DNA from: a plasmid
Strand: one strand, 5' to 3'
Length of the DNA stretch: 31,807 nucleotides
Sequence record: CP060656.1
This document shows positions 25,946 to 31,807 of this stretch, in pieces. The notes under the pieces are model-generated. The model worked only from the letters and a program-made list of their open reading frames with translations. It was not told the origin of the DNA and did not search any database. The position numbers and the translations under genes were made by a program. Numbering within the stretch: the stretch's first letter is position 1; every line of letters starts with the position of its first letter.

Positions 25946-26240
25946 AATACAATATTGTGATTATGACTACACGTTAAAACAGATTAAACATGGAAATTAC
26001 TATCACTTTAGGATTTATAAAAAACAATCAAATCATAAAGTAGTAAGAGGAACGGAACCAAAATATTTAGTAAAAAGTGAAGTTGATCTTTTAACAGACA
26101 AAAGAGTATATGCCGGAAAAGATAAAGCGAAAATAGAACAGTTTGCAGAATCAATGAAGGATGAGTTAACAAACATAGTTTTTGACGTGATGAGTAAAAC
26201 CAATAGCGTTGATGCAAAAATAAGCATAACAGGAGAATAA
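25932..26240 (+). CDS. hypothetical protein (102 aa), overlaps upstream by 14 nt
   Basis: GCAGAGGTAG RBS. Confidence 0.5.
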   Translation: MIIDKIQYCDYDYTLKQIKHGNYYHFRIYKKQSNHKVVRGTEPKYLVKSEVDLLTDKRVYAGKDKAKIEQFAESMKDELTNIVFDVMSKTNSVDAKISITGE

Positions 26241-26241
26241 T

Positions 26242-26544
26242 ATGATATTTTTAACATTAGTTATTATAGTGAATTTATTGATATTCGTTAACATGGGTAG
26301 TTTTGTTAGTTGGGTTTCAGAACACAAGGTTTATGGGATATGGTATAAAAGAATATTCAAGATCGGTTTTCTTTTCTTATTCGCTATGTTTATTGCCAGT
26401 ATCTTGGGTGGTGAAGCAGTTCAGACAGCAGCTAAATCATTCTTCTTTTATATTGATTGCGTCATCGGGTTTGTCTTAATGACTATAGTTCACGCCTTTT
26501 TCGTCAAACTAAAATCCAAAAAGGACACGTCCAAACCCGCCTAA
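26242..26544 (+). CDS. small 3-TM membrane protein (100 aa)
   Basis: GGAGAA RBS; ATG 2 nt after upstream stop; terminator 26544-26568. Confidence 0.5.
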   Translation: MIFLTLVIIVNLLIFVNMGSFVSWVSEHKVYGIWYKRIFKIGFLFLFAMFIASILGGEAVQTAAKSFFFYIDCVIGFVLMTIVHAFFVKLKSKKDTSKPA

Positions 26545-26568
26545 AGCCCCGCAAGGGGTTTTAAAAGC
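26544..26568 (+). terminator. intrinsic terminator AGCCCC-GCAA-GGGGTTTT
   Basis: GNRA-like loop hairpin plus T-run. Confidence 0.65.
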
Positions 26569-26733
26569 ATTCATCTATTCACTTCTTTACATTGAATGTT
26601 AAAACCTATCAAAACCACCAATCAATTGACAAAACCAATTAATAACTTGATTTTAATTGTCGGTTACGTCATTTTTAACTTGTTTTGAAATTTCTTGTTA
26701 CAAACACTAATCAGAACAGGTAAGGAACACATT

Positions 26734-27033
26734 ATGAAGAAGCAGATTTTAGCAGCAGCGGCTCTTGTGGCATCGCTGGCGCTCTCCGGTTGTGGTGATG
26801 ATGGTATCTATGGAACGTATGAAAACGCCCAGTACGGCGCTGTTCTCGACGTTCAAAAGGATGTGATCAAGTTCAGGGGTGAAAGCTTTCCGGTGAAGTC
26901 ATGGGATGAAAGTCAAAAACCAACCTACATAGCTAAAACTCAACATAGCGTTGTTGGTTCATGGACGTTCAAGCTTGAGAAGACAAAAGACGGCGGCGTG
27001 ATTTATCAAGGCACAAAGTTTAAAAAGGATTAA
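26734..27033 (+). CDS. lipoprotein (99 aa; signal peptide with LSGC lipobox)
   Basis: MKKQILAAAALVASLALSGC; AAGGAA RBS; GC-rich relative to neighbours. Confidence 0.65.
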   Translation: MKKQILAAAALVASLALSGCGDDGIYGTYENAQYGAVLDVQKDVIKFRGESFPVKSWDESQKPTYIAKTQHSVVGSWTFKLEKTKDGGVIYQGTKFKKD

Positions 27034-27038
27034 TCAAA

Positions 27039-27311
27039 ATGGAAAATAAAACTGTTCGCTGTCCTTTCTGTGATCACGAGACTAAGCATGGTTTAGGTGT
27101 GTGTTTACCTTGCGGGGCAAACATAACATACGGTAAAGCGCCATTATGGTTTGGTCAAATTGGAGCTTTATTATCTGTTGTATTAAGCTTTGGTGTCTTG
27201 ATTTTTTCAGAGAATATGTTTATTGGTTTAGCTTCTCTTTTTGTGTTTTTGATATTAACTTTTGTTCTATCTAAAACTATCTATGCGGATAGAGTTGTAT
27301 TCACAAGATAA
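27039..27311 (+). CDS. zinc-ribbon (CPFC...CLPC) 2-TM membrane protein (90 aa)
   Basis: Four Cys in CxxC...CxxC arrangement followed by two hydrophobic helices; terminator 27318-27348. Confidence 0.55.
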   Translation: MENKTVRCPFCDHETKHGLGVCLPCGANITYGKAPLWFGQIGALLSVVLSFGVLIFSENMFIGLASLFVFLILTFVLSKTIYADRVVFTR

Positions 27312-27317
27312 CACCTA

Positions 27318-27348
27318 TCTTTAAGCCCCTTCGGGGGCTTTCTGTTTT
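27318..27348 (+). terminator. intrinsic terminator AAGCCCC-TTCG-GGGGCTT-TCTGTTTT
   Basis: UUCG tetraloop hairpin plus T-run. Confidence 0.75.
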
Positions 27349-27357
27349 ATAAATAAA

Positions 27358-27410
27358 TTTGATTTATGCTTTTGTCATAGTGTTAACTTTAGAAATAAAT
27401 AAACTAAAGG
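27358..27410 (+). promoter_or_regulatory. promoter family C copy 2
   Basis: See copy 1. Confidence 0.55.
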
Positions 27411-27418
27411 AAAATATT

Positions 27419-28099
27419 ATGAATAACATACAGCATTTATCAAAACTCATCACTGAAATAAAAAATCCTTCAACAGCATTAAACGCAGCAAGCATTTTAA
27501 AAGCAATAGAACTCTTTACAGGGTTTTGTCTTTATCTGGTTTGTGATGCGCTACATGCCAAACAAAAAACCTTCCAGATCACTTCCGGTATCTTCGACGG
27601 CAATATCATAGCTAACATGCCAAAAAACGAGATAGAGAAGTATAGCAAGGCGGCAGATGCGGCTTACCAATACGTTCATATCATCAAGCAGAAAGAGGCG
27701 TTTACAGACGTTCTATCAGAGCTGTATGAAGAGATCTATCTTACAGGTAAGTGCGGTGATGGATTAGGCCAGTTCCTGACGCCTGACGATGTGAGCAGTC
27801 TAATAACATCTATTGGTATGCGTTCAAGAGCTGATACAGCGAAAATCAATGAAGAATGCTGTGGTGCTGGCTCTATAGTGCTATCGACACTGAAAGAACT
27901 ACATCAGAAAAATGGAAGCTATCTTAATACAACACTAAATCTGAATGACATAGATCCTCTTATGGTAAAAATGGCAATCATTCAAGTCATGGCTCCAATT
28001 GCTTTTAAAGAAAATGTAGATATTAAAGAGATAAATATTTTTAATCACAATACTTTGTTAAATAAAAATAAGCAGGTTTTTAAATACACTTCGGGTTAA
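27419..28099 (+). CDS. HsdM/N6-adenine MTase-like N-terminal module lacking catalytic NPPF motif (226 aa), truncated MTase or decoy
   Basis: GQFLTP (motif X, cf. GEFYTP), EECCGAGS (motif I, cf. DPACGSGG), LNLNDIDPLMVKMAIIQV (cf. YGQESNPTTWRLAKMNL); ORF ends before motif IV; promoter family C upstream and cassette A immediately downstream. Confidence 0.5.
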   Translation: MNNIQHLSKLITEIKNPSTALNAASILKAIELFTGFCLYLVCDALHAKQKTFQITSGIFDGNIIANMPKNEIEKYSKAADAAYQYVHIIKQKEAFTDVLSELYEEIYLTGKCGDGLGQFLTPDDVSSLITSIGMRSRADTAKINEECCGAGSIVLSTLKELHQKNGSYLNTTLNLNDIDPLMVKMAIIQVMAPIAFKENVDIKEINIFNHNTLLNKNKQVFKYTSG

Positions 28100-28116
28100 C
28101 TACTCCATTCATCCTT

Positions 28117-28190
28117 TATTTTAAAATAAAAGTATATATTTATTTGACTATTATTTTAAATATAGTATTTATTATATATAACATAAAACA
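28117..28190 (+). promoter_or_regulatory. promoter cassette A copy (TTGACT 28144-28149)
   Basis: Identical core to 29320-29385 copy. Confidence 0.7.
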
Positions 28191-28203
28191 TAGGAGAATA
28201 GTT

Positions 28204-28629
28204 ATGAATATAAAATACATTCCAATAAGTTGTGGAAAAAATGAACCGTTAACATTTAATGAAAGTGGTTTTCTTGAGGTGGATGAACTTGATAACATTG
28301 AAGTTCAAAAAAATTCTTTTAGTGATATTGAAAAACTTATAACGTTAATAGAAGTAAAGGCATTAATGTTAAGTATTGTTTATCAGGATATAAACGCTCA
28401 AGATCTGGATATAACATTATCAACAGAAAGAGGCTATGTATGTGCTGAGTTTTGCGGTGGTGTCTATGAGATTAGCATAAGAACAGACATAGGAGCAGGA
28501 CGCTACGAAGCTTCTGTAGGTAATGAGCTGGTTATGTTTAACAGATTGGATGATGCGGTTGAAAGCTTCTTTGACTGTATAGAAGAAGCTGTAAAAGAGG
28601 TAATAAGAAGAGAGGGGGGAGATAACTAA
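28204..28629 (+). CDS. hypothetical protein (141 aa)
   Basis: Promoter cassette A copy 28117-28190; AGGAGAA RBS. Confidence 0.55.
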   Translation: MNIKYIPISCGKNEPLTFNESGFLEVDELDNIEVQKNSFSDIEKLITLIEVKALMLSIVYQDINAQDLDITLSTERGYVCAEFCGGVYEISIRTDIGAGRYEASVGNELVMFNRLDDAVESFFDCIEEAVKEVIRREGGDN

Positions 28630-29237
28630 TGAGCAAACTAATAGAAACAACAACAGCACAAAAGATTTTCAAATCCATGATTGATTTAAATCTTGATAAA
28701 GATGAAGTCATTTACTTTGAAGAGTTCATAAACTTGCTATATGAGGCGGGGTTATTAAACCCCGATTTTCAGGAGCATCAGGAATTCATAGAAAACAACA
28801 GAAACTATTTTATTGAGTTAAAGAGGATTAGAACAGAGGGAAATAAGACTTTCGTAATAAGAAACTATCTAAATGATATGTTCGCAGAGCTAAGAAGGTT
28901 AAACAAGGATTTAGGCTATACCTATAAAGAGAAGGTAGAAGAGCTTATCAAGGAGTTTGAAAGCTTCTCAGAGACAGCAAAGCCTCTTGGTGATGGTAAA
29001 AGCCTTGTTTATCTTGTAATGCTTGGAACTCAGTCAAAGGGAAAATCACACAAAAAGATTGTGTGTGTGTTTATAAGAGATGATGAAAACAAAGAAATGT
29101 TCAATCAATCAATGAACTCTAAAATAATTCTCGCTGAAAAAGTTATTTTCTTTGAAGAAGTAAATACATTCAGAAGACCAAAATACTATCTAAGTGTTCT
29201 TGATAAAGCATTCAATATATTCAATGAAACCATGTAA
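28629..29237 (+). CDS. hypothetical protein (202 aa), start overlaps upstream stop (TAATG)
   Basis: GGGGGGAGA RBS within upstream gene end; terminator 29235-29260. Confidence 0.55.
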   Translation: MSKLIETTTAQKIFKSMIDLNLDKDEVIYFEEFINLLYEAGLLNPDFQEHQEFIENNRNYFIELKRIRTEGNKTFVIRNYLNDMFAELRRLNKDLGYTYKEKVEELIKEFESFSETAKPLGDGKSLVYLVMLGTQSKGKSHKKIVCVFIRDDENKEMFNQSMNSKIILAEKVIFFEEVNTFRRPKYYLSVLDKAFNIFNETM

Positions 29238-29260
29238 TCCCCGCAATGGGGATTTTTTAT
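29235..29260 (+). terminator. intrinsic terminator ATCCCC-GCAA-TGGGGAT-TTTTT
   Basis: Hairpin plus T-run. Confidence 0.75.
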
Positions 29261-29302
29261 TGAGTTAAATTAATAATCAAGGATATATACACCGGATTAA
29301 TT

Positions 29303-29385
29303 AAACCGTTTATCTGGTTGTTTAAAATAAAAGTATATATTTATTTGACTATTATTTTAAATATAGTATTAATTATATATAAACA
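29303..29385 (+). promoter_or_regulatory. promoter cassette A copy with upstream AAACCGTTTATCTGG motif (TTGACT 29345-29350)
   Basis: Sequence identity. Confidence 0.7.
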
Positions 29386-29403
29386 AACAAAAGGAGAAGT
29401 AAT

Positions 29404-29691
29404 ATGAAAAAAATTAAATACATAGAAATCACTGACGCAGCTATTTTAAAATTCATTTCATTAAATAGTTTAGACGCTTCGGTAAAAATAGAAGACGAAA
29501 TAAGAAATGTTGCGGATTGGATGTTAAGCAATGAAATGTTTAAAAAAACTGGAAATAAAAAGATCATTGGAAAAATAGTAGACGCCGCTTCTGATTATCA
29601 TAAAGGTTGCTATTTAATCTATAACTTTGAAAAGTATTATAATATCGAATGTTTTTACACTGTAGATTTTAACGATTATATAAACAGCTAA
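29404..29691 (+). CDS. hypothetical protein (95 aa)
   Basis: Promoter cassette A copy 29303-29385; AAGGAGAAG RBS. Confidence 0.55.
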   Translation: MKKIKYIEITDAAILKFISLNSLDASVKIEDEIRNVADWMLSNEMFKKTGNKKIIGKIVDAASDYHKGCYLIYNFEKYYNIECFYTVDFNDYINS

Positions 29692-29699
29692 TATCTAAC

Positions 29700-29722
29700 A
29701 CAGCCCCGCAAGGGGCTATGGT
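29700..29722 (+). terminator. hairpin AGCCCC-GCAA-GGGGCT without T-run, directly before RBS of 29737 gene (weak terminator or attenuator)
   Basis: Read directly. Confidence 0.35.
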
Positions 29723-29736
29723 AAGGAGAATATAAC

Positions 29737-30123
29737 ATGATTAACTTTTTAATAGGTTTTTTGATAGAAATAAAGGTATTGGTTTTAAAGATAAAGATTG
29801 ATAAAGCCTCACATGTATTAAGTAGGGCTATGCTTTCAAAAGGGTATAGCAAAGACTTTAATGACAAATGTAAAACAGTAAGAAAAAAGCTTTTGGCTTT
29901 CTATGATAAAGATTTAAAACAACCATCCAACTATAGAAACGCTGAATATATGTTAGATGAAGCAATGGTTTTGTGTAATAAGTTTAACTACCTTGTTGAA
30001 AAATCACTTATTACAGAACATAAAAGAAATAGTAAAAGCTCAGGATCGTCAACCTCAGACTCATTTTTTGGAAGTGGTGGAGATTGTGATGGTGGCGGCG
30101 ATTGCGGCGGTGGAGGAGATTAA
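29737..30123 (+). CDS. hypothetical protein (128 aa) with Gly/Asp/Cys-rich C-terminal tail (GSGGDCDGGGDCGGGGD)
   Basis: AAGGAGAA RBS; low-complexity GC-rich 3' end. Confidence 0.5.
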   Translation: MINFLIGFLIEIKVLVLKIKIDKASHVLSRAMLSKGYSKDFNDKCKTVRKKLLAFYDKDLKQPSNYRNAEYMLDEAMVLCNKFNYLVEKSLITEHKRNSKSSGSSTSDSFFGSGGDCDGGGDCGGGGD

Positions 30124-30125
30124 TA

Positions 30126-30341
30126 ATGAATAAAACAGAAAAACCAATCAATATTATAACTTCTTCAATTTTTAATGTGGCGTTCAGTTTAGGGATAACA
30201 TCATTATTTGAGATAACAAACAATATTCCAACAATGATAGCAATGGGGATTTTAACAGAGATTATGACTTTAATAGCATACAAAGAGGAAATAAAAACAC
30301 TAATAAAAAATAGAAACCTAAACCGCTTATCTGATAGTTAA
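30126..30341 (+). CDS. small membrane protein (71 aa)
   Basis: GGAGGAG RBS; ATG 3 nt after upstream stop. Confidence 0.45.
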   Translation: MNKTEKPINIITSSIFNVAFSLGITSLFEITNNIPTMIAMGILTEIMTLIAYKEEIKTLIKNRNLNRLSDS

Positions 30342-30400
30342 AATAAAAGTATATATTTATTTGACTATTATTTTAATATGGTGTAATTAATATATATAAC
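30320..30400 (+). promoter_or_regulatory. promoter cassette A copy with upstream AACCGCTTATCTGATAG motif (TTGACT 30361-30366)
   Basis: Sequence identity. Confidence 0.7.
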
Positions 30401-30421
30401 ATAAAACAAAAGGAGAATATT

Positions 30422-30748
30422 ATGTCAAAATTAAATAGTGAAGATTTTAACGCAATGAAAGAAGCTGGTTTTATTAATGAATGGAAAAAACCCGGAAGTG
30501 ATGAAGTTAGATATTACATCAACACTAAAGAGATAATCAATCTATGGTCAGAAGATAAGATTGAATTAGGTTATTCAAGAAGAGAAAGGTCTGAGTTAGA
30601 AGCACATAAATGGTGGTATGTTGAGTCTAAAAATGGTGGTTTTGTTTTAAAAACATCTATGAGTTATAACAACACTAAGCATAAATATATATTCCCATCA
30701 CTTTCAAAAGTATTGATAGAAGCGTCTAAAAGCGATCTTTCTGACTGA
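30422..30748 (+). CDS. hypothetical protein (108 aa)
   Basis: Promoter cassette A copy 30320-30400; AAGGAGAAT RBS. Confidence 0.55.
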   Translation: MSKLNSEDFNAMKEAGFINEWKKPGSDEVRYYINTKEIINLWSEDKIELGYSRRERSELEAHKWWYVESKNGGFVLKTSMSYNNTKHKYIFPSLSKVLIEASKSDLSD

Positions 30749-30800
30749 ATGTTATAGGATGGTATTGAAAGGTTAATAAACATAAAAAAAGGAAAGTATT

Positions 30801-31076
30801 ATGAATAGAACAAACTTTAATGTAATAATGAAAGATATAGTAGCGGAGCGTTTTGATGATGAAAGTGAAGCTTTGACATTTCTTGTCTCTGAAATGAGAG
30901 CTAATGGATATTATATTAACCCAAATGATTATTATCTATGTTGTGTTAGAGGTGGTTTAAATATTACTAAACTAGATCGCATTCAAAACTACGGTAAAAG
31001 GTTTAAAGCACATCAGATAAAAGAAGAGTTAAAATCAGTTTATGAACACATTAAAGAAAAATGTAAAGAATACTGA
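30801..31076 (+). CDS. hypothetical protein (91 aa)
   Basis: AAAGGAAAG RBS; bidirectional terminator 31080-31108. Confidence 0.55.
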   Translation: MNRTNFNVIMKDIVAERFDDESEALTFLVSEMRANGYYINPNDYYLCCVRGGLNITKLDRIQNYGKRFKAHQIKEELKSVYEHIKEKCKEY

Positions 31077-31079
31077 ATA

Positions 31080-31108
31080 AAAAGCCCCATAACAGGGGCT
31101 TTCTTTTA
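31080..31108. terminator. bidirectional terminator AAAGCCCC-ATAACA-GGGGCTTT between cargo array and vapC
   Basis: Hairpin plus T-runs on both strands. Confidence 0.7.
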
Positions 31109-31507
31109 TCGGTTAGGTATGATGGTAATGTAGTCGCTGACAAACTCAATCAGCTTGCTATCGCTGGTAATTAAAGGAAGCTTGTTATGCTTCGCTTGAG
31201 CCACGATAAGACGGTCAAACGGGTCTTTGTGTAGCTTCTCCGGCAAATCGGCTACAACAAGCGTATGCTCACTTTTAACAGGTATCTCAATCAAGCCAGC
31301 TTCAAACAGACCATCTCTAAACAACGTTGGATTATCAACGTCAAAGGGCTTGTTAAGACTACTTTTAATTACGACTTCCCAAACGCTGGCAGCAGAGAAG
31401 AACAGGCGGTTTTCGGTGTCTTCCAACAGCTCTACAACCTCTTGCTTTAAGCGATCAGGACGAAAACCCATGAATATTAAGATATTGGTATCTAAGAGGT
31501 AATCCAT
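31106..31507 (-). CDS. vapC: PIN-domain toxin VapC (133 aa)
   Basis: N-terminal LLDTNIL, conserved acidic residues, PFDRLIVAQA; start overlaps antitoxin stop (TAATG). Confidence 0.85.
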   Translation of the reverse strand: MDYLLDTNILIFMGFRPDRLKQEVVELLEDTENRLFFSAASVWEVVIKSSLNKPFDVDNPTLFRDGLFEAGLIEIPVKSEHTLVVADLPEKLHKDPFDRLIVAQAKHNKLPLITSDSKLIEFVSDYITIIPNR

Positions 31508-31764
31508 TACTCATATTTCCCTTCAAACATATCTTGAATTTCATCAGCGTTCATATCATCAAAGTTATCAAGGAAGCTATCAGAAACGCTACCTTTGTTG
31601 AGCATGAAACCTAATTTACGCTTAGGCTTCTCTTCTCTGTATGCGATGACTTTTACCAGAGCGTGACCGTTCTTTGCGATCACAACTGGCTCACCAGTCC
31701 GGGCGACCTCTTGAACGATCTTGGACAGGTTAGTTTTGGCATCATAGATGTTAACCTTTTCCAT
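31507..31764 (-). CDS. Phd/YefM-family antitoxin (85 aa)
   Basis: MEKVNIYDAKTNLSKIV...GEPVVIAKNG typical Phd/YefM N-terminus; GAGGTAA RBS; start at internal ATG 31764. Confidence 0.8.
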   Translation of the reverse strand: MEKVNIYDAKTNLSKIVQEVARTGEPVVIAKNGHALVKVIAYREEKPKRKLGFMLNKGSVSDSFLDNFDDMNADEIQDMFEGKYE

Positions 31765-31807
31765 AGTATTACCTCGCATTGAACACATTTTAAGCTTACT
31801 CCCTGTA

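Noticed and set aside
1-31807. CRISPR arrays, rRNA, tRNA, transposase or integrase genes
   Set aside because: No regularly spaced direct repeats with unique spacers, no rRNA-like conserved blocks, and no DDE or tyrosine-recombinase motifs in any frame. The repeated elements are promoters, iterons and hairpins instead.

Overview
AT-rich window (about 30-33% GC by eye) that reads as a plasmid or other mobile-element backbone, probably from a gammaproteobacterium, with a large unidirectional cargo of small unknown genes. Recognisable content: an enterobacterial-type H-NS gene on the minus strand (6375-6809). A ParA Walker-type partition ATPase (13170-13823), with a small downstream partner gene, is flanked on both sides by triple 10-bp TAATATATAT iterons. 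A divergently transcribed Rep-candidate lies at 11940-13043 on the minus strand. A 642-aa protein with an HxD...HxH relaxase-like N-terminal domain and a long coiled coil is at 14378-16306. A 723-aa Walker A/B SF3-helicase-like primase/replication protein is at 17059-19230. A 736-aa signal-peptide polytopic membrane protein of T4SS type (VirB6/TrbL- or TraY/DotA-like) is at 8580-10790. Two tandem type IV prepilin genes (4975-6099) sit inside an operon of small membrane proteins. There are four ankyrin-repeat proteins (1692-2258 and a tandem trio at 19472-20928). A Dam-family N6-adenine methyltransferase is at 21262-22170, an HsdM-like methyltransferase N-terminal fragment lacking the NPPF motif at 27419-28099, and a Phd/YefM-VapC (PIN) toxin-antitoxin pair at the 3' end. 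From about 22.2 to 31.1 kb roughly 20 small genes, mostly of no recognisable function, are each equipped with an almost identical strong sigma70-like promoter cassette (TTGACT-17-TATTAAT with an A-rich UP region, at least 6 copies, one inverted at 1263-1346), a strong RBS and a GC-rich hairpin terminator. No tRNA, rRNA or CRISPR array was seen. The recognisable genes (parA, the Rep candidate, hns, dam, vapBC) are GC-richer than the cargo, so the element is a compositional mosaic.
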